Origin: a phage
Strand: one strand, 5' to 3'
NCBI GenBank assembly: GCA_036253495.1
Contig: GCA_036253495.1_4125.1
Length of the DNA stretch: 64,000 nt
Shown here: in pieces, positions 10,808 through 20,555 of the stretch
Layout: every line of letters starts with the position of its first letter
Position numbering within the stretch: position 1 is the stretch's first letter
Program-made: the position numbers and the translations under genes
The notes under the pieces: generated by a model
Database searches by the model: none
Told to the model about the DNA's origin: nothing
What the model saw: only the letters and a program-made list of their open reading frames with translations

Positions 10808-10813
10808 TTTTTT
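10785..10813 (+). terminator. rho-independent terminator
   Basis: Hairpin agtcgagat/atctcgact followed by T-run. Confidence 0.65.
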
Positions 10814-10829
10814 GTCCGAGGAAATGTAA

Positions 10830-11666
10830 ATGTTCTTAAACTTCAAAGAGTATTCAGTACTTGATCATATCAAGATTCTATCTGAGAATCCTGAAACATT
10901 TGGTGCAGTAAAAACAGCAAATGGAGAATCTTATGATGTTTATAACATTACAGGACATACTGTTTCTGTAAAAAACAATATCCGTCCTTCGACACTAGAT
11001 ATTAATATTCGTAATAATGAAACTTATGAAACTTCACTATCATACGAATATGATTCAGATCTTAAGTCTGAAATATTCAACACACCATCAGTCCATTATT
11101 ACAAGTCAGAAGATACAATTCGTTACCGAGATACCACGATTAATGATATAGTTTTTAATCGTAGAATTAATGCCAGTGGTATAGTTTCAGTTCGTAGTAC
11201 TGATAGATTTGCAAAATATACTGTCGAAAATAATGTACGATCATTTGAAACAACTTTCCGTCTAACACAAGGTACAGAAGAAAGCAACATCACACTCCAA
11301 GAACGTTTGTCATCAGACGGGATTATTATGCGTAGTGTTGCTTTTTTCAGATATAACACCGAAGATGGGCGTCCAGTGATGTGTGATTTGGATATCACTC
11401 GTACAGGTGATAAAACAATTGCCACTATAACCTCTGGATACCGACATTCGTTTACATTAGAACTGGATGTACCTGATGCATCATTACTTGGTATTTTTGA
11501 TCCGCTGGCAGCATTTCAAGCAGAGTTAGTACTGAACCCTAAGCAGTACGAGATTCTTGATATCTTACGTAAAGGCATAGTTAATAAGTTGAAAACTTAC
11601 CAACAGTTAGGTGGTAAGATGAGTATAGTTAATACTATTCTCGAAAATATTGAAAGAGTAAGTTAA
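10830..11666 (+). CDS. hypothetical protein (278 aa)
   Basis: ORF track; GAGGAAATG RBS context. Confidence 0.7.
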   Translation: MFLNFKEYSVLDHIKILSENPETFGAVKTANGESYDVYNITGHTVSVKNNIRPSTLDINIRNNETYETSLSYEYDSDLKSEIFNTPSVHYYKSEDTIRYRDTTINDIVFNRRINASGIVSVRSTDRFAKYTVENNVRSFETTFRLTQGTEESNITLQERLSSDGIIMRSVAFFRYNTEDGRPVMCDLDITRTGDKTIATITSGYRHSFTLELDVPDASLLGIFDPLAAFQAELVLNPKQYEILDILRKGIVNKLKTYQQLGGKMSIVNTILENIERVS

Positions 11667-11686
11667 TACATGGAGATAGATTTAGT

Positions 11687-11989
11687 ATGGATACTAAATT
11701 TGAAATTAAATTCTTGACACAACCATATACTCCTAATACTGGGAAACGTTTTATTCCTGAAGGAGCAGTAGAGGTTGTTCACCCTGATGGTACTAAATTG
11801 TATTTGAATCCATGTTCATATGAGCGTGCTGTTGAAATGCTTATCATGAACTGTAAGCACAATACAAAGACAGAGGACAGTAAGTACATCAGTTATCTAT
11901 ATAGCGAGCACATCCTCGACTTCCAAGACGAGAATATGTTCATCCTTGCAATTCAAGACTTTGAAAATTGGATTGAAAATATTGTCTAA
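11687..11989 (+). CDS. hypothetical protein
   Basis: ORF track; GGAGATAG RBS. Confidence 0.65.
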   Translation: MDTKFEIKFLTQPYTPNTGKRFIPEGAVEVVHPDGTKLYLNPCSYERAVEMLIMNCKHNTKTEDSKYISYLYSEHILDFQDENMFILAIQDFENWIENIV

Positions 11990-11996
11990 AATCATC

Positions 11997-12024
11997 TGGA
12001 CATATGACAATTCAATGATATAAT
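11997..12024 (+). promoter_or_regulatory. sigma70-like early promoter (TGGACA-16-TGnTATAAT)
   Basis: -35-like TGGACA, 16 nt spacer, extended -10 TGATATAAT, about 30 nt upstream of the ATG at 12056. Confidence 0.5.
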
Positions 12025-12055
12025 GTTCGCATCTTTTTGATAAACGGAGATAAAG

Positions 12056-12442
12056 ATGAATACAAGTTCTATTCTAAAAGCAATTGGTGGTGTACTTCTC
12101 ATCGAGGTACAAGGTGAACCAAAACTATGTTGTTTAGAAGATATGAAACAAACTAAATTCTTTGGTACTGGTCAGATTTTCAATGCAATTCGTGTTTTGA
12201 ATGATAAAACAGTAGGTGACTACGGTCGTGCATGGCCTAACTATCGCAATGACGAAGGTGAAATCAGTACTGACTGGAAAACAATTGAAGCTGTTCGTCA
12301 GAATTGTGATTCAGATTGGGATTTCATTGTTGAAGTGTGTAATCAACTTCAAGAAGAAGTACCAGAGATTGTTGAACGTAAAGAAGTACTATCACAGCTA
12401 GAGAAGTTCCGTCACGGAACACTACAATACGAAGTACTGTAA
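12056..12442 (+). CDS. hypothetical protein
   Basis: ORF track; RBS ACGGAGATAAAG; preceded by promoter-like element. Confidence 0.7.
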   Translation: MNTSSILKAIGGVLLIEVQGEPKLCCLEDMKQTKFFGTGQIFNAIRVLNDKTVGDYGRAWPNYRNDEGEISTDWKTIEAVRQNCDSDWDFIVEVCNQLQEEVPEIVERKEVLSQLEKFRHGTLQYEVL

Positions 12443-12496
12443 TATCTCCGATTATTAAAACAAACTAATTAAACATTATATAAAAAGGAATTTAAA

Positions 12497-12805
12497 ATGG
12501 AAGACAACGGAATGAAATTTGATATGTTTGAAGGTGTACCAGAGTTTGATTTCAACAAGCTTGAAAATGGCGAAGAAGCAGAACTCGTAAGTGTTACCTT
12601 AAAATCGGATACTAAGAAGAAATACTCTTCAGCAGTTCGTGCTCGTTCACAAGAAGAATATGAAACGTTCATTGAAAGTATTCATTATGAAACAATGACT
12701 CGTGCAGATGGAAGTACTTATGAAGTTCGCGTTACAGTACTGAAACCTGAAGTTAATCCTCTTGAGAATTTGAAACCAGTCTACTGCTGGGGAACCTCAA
12801 ACTAA
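12497..12805 (+). CDS. hypothetical protein
   Basis: ORF track; RBS AAAAGGAA; followed by strong terminator. Confidence 0.7.
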   Translation: MEDNGMKFDMFEGVPEFDFNKLENGEEAELVSVTLKSDTKKKYSSAVRARSQEEYETFIESIHYETMTRADGSTYEVRVTVLKPEVNPLENLKPVYCWGTSN

Positions 12806-12820
12806 TACATAATAAAAAAA

Positions 12821-12846
12821 GGTCGGGAATATTCTCGGCCTTTTTG
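12821..12846 (+). terminator. rho-independent terminator
   Basis: Hairpin ggtcggg..ctcggcc followed by TTTTTG. Confidence 0.7.
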
Positions 12847-12859
12847 TCTATGAGGCACT

Positions 12860-13699
12860 ATGAAATTAAATTTTATTATCAACTTTAATGTTAAAGAAAC
12901 CGATCATTACGCATCAGAAGATGACCGTGTTGCACCAGCTTCGTCTGAATACATCAGAAATGAAAATGTCCATATGCATGAAAATTATTTCGACTTTGGT
13001 AATTTTATTATCTACCGTGGATTTAAGGATGTTGTATTCCGTTCCAGATATGAAGACTTTGAACATGCACTCATTGATGTACCAGATGAATTAGTATTCC
13101 AGTTCATGTTACTTGGTATTAAAGATTATGACTTTATAGTTTATAACCATTATACTAAGCGTATTATGATTGGTAATGATTCATATGATCTTACTTATTA
13201 TTCCAGTACTGATGAAGATTTAGAAAATATTAAACGCCGTTCTGGTGGTATACGTAATTGTTCATCTTCAAACTCCAGTAGAATGAGTGAAAGGTTTTTT
13301 GATTTCAAAAATAGCAATAATAACGACTGTGAAGACGCGGACAATACTGAACATGTAATGTTTGAAATTGACCACAATAATGGATATAATGACTTCCTTA
13401 ATGTTCTGAAGCCTTATATCAATCATAAATTCATCAAAGATGTAAATCTGGTAGCTCGTGACTTACAGTACAGTGATCGTACTGGTGGTATGCCTGTACC
13501 AATGGATCGTGTATGTACGAACAATACAGTGTTTAATGTACCACGAGAAGATGTTGCATTTGTATTTCTGGCATTTTTGAATTCAGATGCACTATGGGAC
13601 GATAATGAAAGACAATTTAGTTCAAGACATATTGAAATAATTCGTCAAAATACATTACTACTGTGGAAGAAATTTACTGAAAATACCCAGGACAAATAA
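12860..13699 (+). CDS. hypothetical protein (279 aa)
   Basis: ORF track; followed by terminator. Confidence 0.7.
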   Translation: MKLNFIINFNVKETDHYASEDDRVAPASSEYIRNENVHMHENYFDFGNFIIYRGFKDVVFRSRYEDFEHALIDVPDELVFQFMLLGIKDYDFIVYNHYTKRIMIGNDSYDLTYYSSTDEDLENIKRRSGGIRNCSSSNSSRMSERFFDFKNSNNNDCEDADNTEHVMFEIDHNNGYNDFLNVLKPYINHKFIKDVNLVARDLQYSDRTGGMPVPMDRVCTNNTVFNVPREDVAFVFLAFLNSDALWDDNERQFSSRHIEIIRQNTLLLWKKFTENTQDK

Positions 13700-13719
13700 A
13701 TTCTTGGTGATATAATGAT

Positions 13720-13752
13720 GAGTGGCAATATATCTTTGTCACTCTTTTTTTT
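13720..13752 (+). terminator. rho-independent terminator
   Basis: 9 bp stem gagtggcaa/ttgtcactc (one G-U) followed by a run of 8-9 T. Confidence 0.7.
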
Positions 13753-13760
13753 AATCCTGA

Positions 13761-14391
13761 AAGGTTCCATATGGAAATGATTAAGAGCCTAATCCACTCG
13801 AAAATGTAGAGGGTAGATGAGTAGTCCTTTCAGTACGAACAGCAGATGAAACCCGTCAGATGTGGGCATATTATGAACCCCTCACGGCAATGCGGCTGTA
13901 TAAAGAACTCCGATAAGCACACAGAGAGTTCCTAGATAGACATATAAGGATCGCACCTTACCAGATTTGCTAAGGGAGATTTCATTAGAAATTGCGGTCA
14001 ACTATTTGTACAAGATAGTTGCGTCCAAAATTTGGTGAAATCAAATACCAGTACTGTTCATATGGTACTCGTATTATGTGTCGGGATGTTTAAGACCGAC
14101 GACCGTTGCTACAAGAACCGCGATAGAGAGAAACAGAGCAACCCGCTTTCGCCTCGTTAAGAGAATTCGTGATATGAAATATGTGAAGACCACCAGCGTC
14201 AAATTTTAATTCTTTCCCCCAGTGGGGGGATGAAATATGCTCTTCCAAACCTCGTCAATATTAATTAAAACCATTTAGTACTATTAGAATTATTCAGAGC
14301 GTAGCGATGAATTAATTCTACTGATGTTGATTGAGTGCTAACGAAATCAATATCGAGTACATTATTTGATGTTTCCTAAAAAGGAATAATA
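13761..14391. other. ORF-free, GC-enriched intergenic island; candidate structured RNA, origin/packaging signal or decayed gene
   Basis: No ORF of 60 aa or more on either strand in a genome that is otherwise densely coding; local GC visibly higher than flanks (e.g. 14101-14160 about 50 percent); contains the hairpin cccccagtgggggg; only tiny peptide ORFs without credible RBS. Confidence 0.35.
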
Positions 14392-14934
14392 ATGCCTGTA
14401 TTTTCAAAGAACAAAACAACAGAGATCATTTATAAATCAAAAGAATTTGAAGTACTAGAAGAATTTGATAGAGATTCATTTGATGGATATAAAATAGTAA
14501 AAGAAAAAGGAACTATCAATCATATTGTTGAGTACATGGGAGGTGTAGAACTAGCAAAAATCACTTGTAGACCTACAAAAAACCCAGTAATTTTTTCTGT
14601 TCGCTATGGACATTACGGAGAAGAGCGATATAATTCTAATACAGTATCAAGGAAATTCCATGTTGTAGATGGGAAATTAGAAGGGGAATCCAGACAATAT
14701 AGTGTTCTTGGACTTCCTTTGTCAGTGAAGTACTTCCATCAAGGACATGATGTTACTATTGAAATTATGGATTTTATTGGGTTCAATGGTACAGTAGATG
14801 ACTTCAACTTCTATGTATTAGCAGAAGATGAAGCATTCAATATAATGATGAAGTACGGTTCTAGATTTAAATTTTTATATGAGTACAACCTGGACAGTAA
14901 ACTGTTCGATAATATCTTACAGAACTGTCTATAA
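14392..14934 (+). CDS. hypothetical protein
   Basis: ORF track; RBS AAAAAGGAA. Confidence 0.7.
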   Translation: MPVFSKNKTTEIIYKSKEFEVLEEFDRDSFDGYKIVKEKGTINHIVEYMGGVELAKITCRPTKNPVIFSVRYGHYGEERYNSNTVSRKFHVVDGKLEGESRQYSVLGLPLSVKYFHQGHDVTIEIMDFIGFNGTVDDFNFYVLAEDEAFNIMMKYGSRFKFLYEYNLDSKLFDNILQNCL

Positions 14935-14951
14935 TTAAAGGACTTAATGAT

Positions 14952-15479
14952 ATGGGGAAAAAGGATAATCCCACAAAAAACAAACATTCGGTACACTTCA
15001 GTACTGGAAAAGATAACTGGACTACTCCAAAGGAATTCTTTGAAGATTTGGATGAAGTCTGGGGATTTACACTTGATGCAGCATGTGTTAAAGAAACTGC
15101 ATTATGTGACAAGTTTTTTACACCGGAAGATGATAGTCTTTCACAGGATTGGGGAAACAATATCGTCTTTCTTAACCCACCATACAGCGACCTGAAACCT
15201 TGGCTATCTAAGGCAGTTGATGCTTATAATAATGGTGCAACAGTACTGATACTTGTTCCATCACGTACTGATACAATTGCATTTCAGGAATATGCATCTA
15301 AGCTTTGTGACTGTATTTGTTTTATTAAAGGACGTTTAAAATTTGGCATCCCTGAAGAACCAGATAAAAAGACTGATAGTGCTCCATTCCCTAGCTGTTT
15401 AATAGTACTGGATAAGTACTTAACACCAGCTAAAATCAACCATCTTAAATCTATCGGTCAGGTGATGAAGAATATATGA
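14952..15479 (+). CDS. dam: DNA N6-adenine methyltransferase, phage Dam family
   Basis: 175 aa; catalytic NPPY motif (FLNPPYSD); N-terminal WTTPKEFFEDL...FTLDAAC typical of small phage Dam-family enzymes. Confidence 0.8.
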   Translation: MGKKDNPTKNKHSVHFSTGKDNWTTPKEFFEDLDEVWGFTLDAACVKETALCDKFFTPEDDSLSQDWGNNIVFLNPPYSDLKPWLSKAVDAYNNGATVLILVPSRTDTIAFQEYASKLCDCICFIKGRLKFGIPEEPDKKTDSAPFPSCLIVLDKYLTPAKINHLKSIGQVMKNI

Positions 15480-16015
15480 AAGACACTTGTATAGTAACGT
15501 ATGGACGTATAAATCCAGTGCATTTGGGACATGGGTTAATTTTTGATAAAGCCGTATCGATGAAAGAACAATACAATGCTGATTTAAAAATATACCTTAG
15601 TACTACACAAGATTGTATTAAGAATCCATTACCACCTGAATTGAAAATGTATTACACTGAGGGTTTCTATCCAAGAATTCAACACAACATCAGTACTGAA
15701 GATAATCTTTTTGATATTATGCAGGAATTGAATGGTAAGTACAGTGATGTTCTTTTCATATGTGGTTCAGACAGGATAGAAAACTTTCAAAATGTACTTG
15801 ACAGATACAATGGAAACTTGTATAATTTTCGTAATATAAAAGCAATCCAAGCTGGTATAGACCGAACCGTTAGCAAGTACAGTTCAACTGAAATGCGTTC
15901 TTTTGCTAAGCGTGATGATTTTGAAAGCTTCAGTTCTTATCTACCAGGTGATGATAATGACTTGAAAATAAAACTTTTTAAAGATGTAATAAAATACATG
16001 AGGAAAGAACCATGA
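15476..16015 (+). CDS. HxGH nucleotidyltransferase (cytidylyltransferase fold; possible NMN adenylyltransferase)
   Basis: 179 aa; N-terminal GRINPVHLGH signature of the (H/T)xGH nucleotidyltransferase superfamily; ATGA overlap with dam. Confidence 0.6.
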   Translation: MKDTCIVTYGRINPVHLGHGLIFDKAVSMKEQYNADLKIYLSTTQDCIKNPLPPELKMYYTEGFYPRIQHNISTEDNLFDIMQELNGKYSDVLFICGSDRIENFQNVLDRYNGNLYNFRNIKAIQAGIDRTVSKYSSTEMRSFAKRDDFESFSSYLPGDDNDLKIKLFKDVIKYMRKEP

Positions 16016-16305
16016 CAGTACTCTTCAAAACTAACCCAGTACTATGGGAACAAAATGAAAGTTCAGGATATCGTAATATCCAAGTAGAATACAAAGGTAA
16101 CACTATTGTATCGGTTGTTGCGAACAAAACCCTAGGTGAATGGACATGTCAAGTGGTTCCAATGGGTTATTCATATCGTCTGGATGAAGTTGAATTTCTC
16201 GCTAATCTTTATTCACAAATGCAGTTCATTATGAACTTCCTTTGTACTGATACTGAACTTACACACGATGATGTAATCAACTTACTGGACAATTTACATG
16301 TCTGA
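16012..16305 (+). CDS. hypothetical protein
   Basis: ORF track; ATGA overlap. Confidence 0.65.
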   Translation: MTVLFKTNPVLWEQNESSGYRNIQVEYKGNTIVSVVANKTLGEWTCQVVPMGYSYRLDEVEFLANLYSQMQFIMNFLCTDTELTHDDVINLLDNLHV

Positions 16306-16588
16306 AATAAATGATATCACTTCTATCATATTGGATGAGTGTATTTTAGGATCATACGAAACATTTTCAGTACTAGACGGTATAGAACTATGGCACATTA
16401 AATGCCGTGGTATCAATGGCTTCAGTACTGAATGCAAAAAACTCTTGACTTCGTGCAGTACTGAAGGTAAACTGTGTACAGTGAGGTCATCACCGAGTCT
16501 TTCATATACTGGATATATAATTTATCTTGGAAGTGATCATTTATTCTATCTCACCAAGGAGAACTATTTTGACAAATACAAACAGTAA
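16298..16588 (+). CDS. hypothetical protein
   Basis: ORF track. Confidence 0.6.
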   Translation: MSEINDITSIILDECILGSYETFSVLDGIELWHIKCRGINGFSTECKKLLTSCSTEGKLCTVRSSPSLSYTGYIIYLGSDHLFYLTKENYFDKYKQ

Positions 16589-17186
16589 TACATATTTTCG
16601 TTACCTACGCCTTGGGCTATCACTTCGTCCAATTCGAGGTAAATGTGATTCTCTTGCTGATTTAGATTATGCATATTCCATTTATGATGATGGTGTACAG
16701 TATGTTCTGGGTGACTTCGGTGAGTTTGAAGAAACCAATGACAGTACTGGTATTATGGACGGCATTGAGAATCTAGATTGCATCGTAAACAGTTCAAGAC
16801 ATGATGTAATCAAAGAAATTCATAAATTTATTGAAACTAACACAGCAAAAACTACATGGTGTTTAGTAGGTACAGATCCACAAATGGCAATTGCTTTTGG
16901 TAATGAAGATGGATATGTAGCACAACTTATCATGGATTTTGCATCTAAAGAGAAATTTGAAGAATTCAAAGCAAAGATGGTTCAATCACTTCTTCAGATG
17001 GGTATCCCTGAAGATAAGATGCCAGAGATTCAAGATATTGAAGAATTTGTCTTAATTCCTTCAGATGAAAAATATGACGTATTATTCAGTACTCTGAACA
17101 TTCCAGGTGTTATCGTTGAAAGCTTTGATGACGATGATGGTGAAATCTACATCGAACTGGATGATGATGACGACGACGATGAATAA
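16527..17186 (+). CDS. hypothetical acidic protein with poly-Asp C-terminal tail
   Basis: 219 aa; ends ...IELDDDDDDDE; 62 nt overlap with upstream ORF so start uncertain; terminator downstream. Confidence 0.55.
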   Translation: MEVIIYSISPRRTILTNTNSNTYFRYLRLGLSLRPIRGKCDSLADLDYAYSIYDDGVQYVLGDFGEFEETNDSTGIMDGIENLDCIVNSSRHDVIKEIHKFIETNTAKTTWCLVGTDPQMAIAFGNEDGYVAQLIMDFASKEKFEEFKAKMVQSLLQMGIPEDKMPEIQDIEEFVLIPSDEKYDVLFSTLNIPGVIVESFDDDDGEIYIELDDDDDDDE

Positions 17187-17191
17187 TAATT

Positions 17192-17220
17192 ATGCCCGAC
17201 TTTGTTCGGGCATCTTTTTA
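17192..17220 (+). terminator. rho-independent terminator
   Basis: Hairpin atgcccga/tcgggcat followed by CTTTTTA. Confidence 0.7.
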
Positions 17221-17231
17221 AGGAAAAGTAA

Positions 17232-17504
17232 ATGGACTATCGAGTACTGAATAGAACATATAAAGCTTTATACAAAACATATATTGAAAGTAAAGTACAT
17301 AATCCTATCATTTATAAAAATCCAGTTTATATTATATGGAATGAATATTTTACAATGATTCAAAATTACTTTTACTCTAACGAAATCTTTATAGATGGTG
17401 AAATGCGTAAGCTAACACGCGTTGATAGTATAGGTGGTGAAATTGTGTTATTCTATACTGATTCTATTATTGGACAACAATCTATAAATTTAGAGATATT
17501 ATAA
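17232..17504 (+). CDS. small protein, IG-motif paralog family
   Basis: 90 aa; N-terminal MDYRVLNRTYK and central SNEIFIDGE. Confidence 0.65.
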   Translation: MDYRVLNRTYKALYKTYIESKVHNPIIYKNPVYIIWNEYFTMIQNYFYSNEIFIDGEMRKLTRVDSIGGEIVLFYTDSIIGQQSINLEIL

Positions 17505-17770
17505 TGAATTATAAGGATTTACATTTCACCTATAAACTAACATTTTATATGTATCGTTATGCTGATAACAACTTCATGGATAATGCATTTTATCATCGTT
17601 TGTGGAGTGATTATATAAATTCTTTACGTGAACATTTTATAGGTACTATAATTCAATACGAAGGTAAAACAGTAAAAATATTTCAAGTTGATAGTTACAA
17701 CGGGGATCTATGCTTCAAGGGTAGAGATTCTAGTGATGGATTACATGAGATTTATATCTATGAATTATAA
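17504..17770 (+). CDS. small protein, IG-motif paralog family
   Basis: 88 aa; MNYKDLHFTYK...LREHFIGTII. Confidence 0.65.
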   Translation: MNYKDLHFTYKLTFYMYRYADNNFMDNAFYHRLWSDYINSLREHFIGTIIQYEGKTVKIFQVDSYNGDLCFKGRDSSDGLHEIYIYEL

Positions 17771-18035
17771 GGATTTACAATTCACGTACAAAATTCTTCA
17801 TGAACAATATGAACGTGGTGAAGGAATATTAACTTACGATGAACGAGATTTTTTTCTTACATTGTGGTGTGAATATTTGGCAATGATTAACGAGATTTTT
17901 GTTGATAAAGAATATATGATTGACGACATGACTGTACGTATTATCAGAATTAAAAGTTATAATGGAAGTCTTGTTGGAATTTACTATAACAATGAAAAGG
18001 CGAAAAGCGGATTTGTTGATTTGGAGTATCTATGA
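17760..18035 (+). CDS. small protein, IG-motif paralog family
   Basis: Track ORF 17688..18035 trimmed to the ATG giving MNYKDLQFTYK, matching paralog N termini. Confidence 0.65.
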   Translation: MNYKDLQFTYKILHEQYERGEGILTYDERDFFLTLWCEYLAMINEIFVDKEYMIDDMTVRIIRIKSYNGSLVGIYYNNEKAKSGFVDLEYL

Positions 18036-18295
18036 ACTATAATGATTTACAATTCACGTATCAACTTTTATATGATGATATGAATAACGAATTAGGTTTC
18101 TACTATGAAGTACGTAATAAAATATGGTCAAATTATCTATCTGAGATACAACATCATTTTATAGGACTTCCAATACGTAGAAATAATAAAAACTATCGTT
18201 GTACTGATGTAGTAAGTCATAGAGGTAGGTTGCGTTTAGAATTCTACCGCAGAGACGGGGACTTCATTGGTATAAATTTACTGGATTTTAAATGA
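18032..18295 (+). CDS. small protein, IG-motif paralog family
   Basis: 87 aa; MNYNDLQFTYQ...IQHHFIGLPI. Confidence 0.65.
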   Translation: MNYNDLQFTYQLLYDDMNNELGFYYEVRNKIWSNYLSEIQHHFIGLPIRRNNKNYRCTDVVSHRGRLRLEFYRRDGDFIGINLLDFK

Positions 18296-18358
18296 TGAAA
18301 AACAACTTAAAGGAAATACAAGTATTTTATAGATTCTTATACTTGTCATATGTAACAG

Positions 18359-18580
18359 ATGAGTACTATGAAAGTGTGTATTATTTTTTTATGGCAACAT
18401 TACCGTACTATAGTAAGAGATTTATATATAGGAAAATCTATCATATCCAATGGTGAAAAATGTACCTGTACAGATGTTGTTAGTTTTAATGGTTCTTTAA
18501 CACTGTGTTTCAGATGCGATAATAATAGTGGGTCATTTTCATTAAACGTATATCAGTTAGAAGGAATAAATTTTGAATAA
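18359..18580 (+). CDS. small protein, IG-motif paralog family
   Basis: 73 aa; RDLYIGKSII...CTCTDVVSFNGSL resembles neighbours. Confidence 0.55.
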   Translation: MSTMKVCIIFLWQHYRTIVRDLYIGKSIISNGEKCTCTDVVSFNGSLTLCFRCDNNSGSFSLNVYQLEGINFE

Positions 18581-18773
18581 GTGTCCATATTGTAACAGTA
18601 CTCAATTAGCTCGTTTCCGCTTAGATTCAGACTGGGCCACTGGTGCTGGGGATTTCTTTCCCATCAATGATGATGCGGAATACACTGAAGAACAGCACAA
18701 AGATTTTGATAAATCATGGCGACCTGACATTGAGTGCATTTATTGCCTTAATTGTGAGCGTGTACATGACTAA
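18573..18773 (+). CDS. small zinc-ribbon protein
   Basis: 66 aa; CPYCN ... CIYCLNC cysteine pairs. Confidence 0.55.
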   Translation: MNKCPYCNSTQLARFRLDSDWATGAGDFFPINDDAEYTEEQHKDFDKSWRPDIECIYCLNCERVHD

Positions 18774-19029
18774 AGCTGAACTAATAGTTCATACATATAA
18801 AATGATATACAGTACTGAGTTATCCTGTGGTGCAGATAATCCAGTACTGGACTATTTTATAGAATCTTTGAAAGAACATTATATTGGTAAATCACTGATT
18901 CTTAATAATATTAATTTCACTGTAAAGGATGTAGCACCTGGAAAAAACGTACTAATAGTATGTGTTACTTCATCTGATAACCCAGTATACCCAATAACAA
19001 TAATTTTTGAGGTATTAGGTGATTTATGA
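18766..19029 (+). CDS. small protein, IG-motif paralog family
   Basis: Track ORF 18643..19029 trimmed to ATG overlapping upstream stop; LKEHYIGKSLIL. Confidence 0.6.
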   Translation: MTKAELIVHTYKMIYSTELSCGADNPVLDYFIESLKEHYIGKSLILNNINFTVKDVAPGKNVLIVCVTSSDNPVYPITIIFEVLGDL

Positions 19030-19316
19030 ATATCATTTTAATACAGAAAACATATGCTATATTGGTGAAAGATTATTCCATTACATTCGATTCACAAGAA
19101 AGTGCTCTACATAACCTATACAAAAACGTAACACAAGAATACAGAAATATGTTTTCTGACTTAGTAGTAGGAAGATATTTCAGTACTAGAAAATATCCAA
19201 AACTTCAAGCAGAGGATGTTTCTTTTTATTTCAATGGTCATATTACTATTCATAGTTTAGACCAAAATTCACCAACGTACTTAAACTTTTCATTCGATGA
19301 GGTAACCTTTTTATGA
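19026..19316 (+). CDS. hypothetical protein
   Basis: ORF track; ATGA overlap. Confidence 0.6.
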   Translation: MNIILIQKTYAILVKDYSITFDSQESALHNLYKNVTQEYRNMFSDLVVGRYFSTRKYPKLQAEDVSFYFNGHITIHSLDQNSPTYLNFSFDEVTFL

Positions 19317-19495
19317 GAACATTATTTTTTATCTGGAGTCTTTTTTCTCTTGCAGTACTGACAGTTGCAGGTGCTTATTCATTTTTAACAATGAATACAT
19401 GGTATATCAATTTACTATTTCCAATTGTCGGTGTAGGTTTAGGATTTACTTTACATAGTGTATGTAAGGATTTCAATGACAAATCAAACAAATGA
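19313..19495 (+). CDS. small hydrophobic (membrane) protein
   Basis: 60 aa, two hydrophobic segments. Confidence 0.5.
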   Translation: MRTLFFIWSLFSLAVLTVAGAYSFLTMNTWYINLLFPIVGVGLGFTLHSVCKDFNDKSNK

Positions 19496-19760
19496 AGTAC
19501 TTATTGCTGAAACAATGAAGATGATTTATAGTATTACTACAGCACAGAATATGCCCTATCCCATTAAGTCTTTATTGAGGACCGTGTATCTTGTGACTGT
19601 GCAGGAATACTATAAATCCAAGCACAAAAGCATTATTAGTGTTTATCGTGATTATGAAAGGATTCGTATTTTGTACTGGAACAAGAACCGAGTACGTTCT
19701 GAATGTGACCTTGCGGACTTCAAATTAGAGAATCTTTATTGTTATAAAGCGGGACAGTAG
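19476..19760 (+). CDS. hypothetical protein
   Basis: Track ORF 19458..19760; start placed at internal ATG, uncertain. Confidence 0.5.
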   Translation: MTNQTNEVLIAETMKMIYSITTAQNMPYPIKSLLRTVYLVTVQEYYKSKHKSIISVYRDYERIRILYWNKNRVRSECDLADFKLENLYCYKAGQ

Positions 19761-19818
19761 TATAAGTAGTGATATAATTGTTGGTATGGAATAATAACTA
19801 ACACAAGGAGCGTGTAGA

Positions 19819-20547
19819 GTGATTGACCGTATCAGATTTGCCAGCGAGTTAGCAAACCAATTAAACATTGCAAATTTCCAAATGCTAACATCCGTAATGG
19901 CAGAACATGCAACTGCATATTCAGTAAGTGGTGTCCAATGCGGACAAGAGAATTTACTAGCTGATGTATACAGTGAAGTGCAAGGTAAACAATATTCAGT
20001 CAAAACATACAAGGATAAGTTTGTTAGTCTGTATATGAACGGCGATATTGAAGAAGAACGTAAGTTTACCGATTTTATTATTGAACGTCGTGTATCAGGT
20101 GTGTCAAACCCGAATGCTGCAAGTGATGTAGTATTTGATGAAGTACTGAAAGATATATACGAAAATGAAGCGAAAAGTAAGAATCATTACAATGTACGTG
20201 AAACTAACACAGTGCTCTTGGGATATGATGAAGACGAATTTTTCTATTATTTCCGTATAACTGAAGTACCTTTTGATTATAAAAAACCACATACCACATG
20301 TGCTCGTGAATTTACTGAAAAGAGTAAAAACTACAAAAAGCACGAAGGCAATCGTTGTAGTGTAAATGGTTATGATGAGAATGGTGTACACATTTATGAA
20401 TGGGTACATCCGAACTGTCAGACTTACACACGTTGCCTTAAAAAGAGATATAATTTAGAAGAACATGAGTCTTTCTACTTCAAAGTTAAGAAGCAAGATT
20501 ATAACAGACCAGACGATTCTGAATTACTTGGTATGATTTACTTCTAA
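19819..20547 (+). CDS. hypothetical protein (242 aa)
   Basis: ORF track; GTG start with AAGGAG RBS. Confidence 0.65.
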   Translation: MIDRIRFASELANQLNIANFQMLTSVMAEHATAYSVSGVQCGQENLLADVYSEVQGKQYSVKTYKDKFVSLYMNGDIEEERKFTDFIIERRVSGVSNPNAASDVVFDEVLKDIYENEAKSKNHYNVRETNTVLLGYDEDEFFYYFRITEVPFDYKKPHTTCAREFTEKSKNYKKHEGNRCSVNGYDENGVHIYEWVHPNCQTYTRCLKKRYNLEEHESFYFKVKKQDYNRPDDSELLGMIYF

Positions 20548-20555
20548 GGTAAGTT

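Noticed and set aside
13708-13716. Extended -10 element TGATATAAT after the 12860-13699 gene
   Set aside because: Directly abuts the terminator hairpin at 13720-13752, so a transcript from here would start inside the terminator; not annotated as a promoter.
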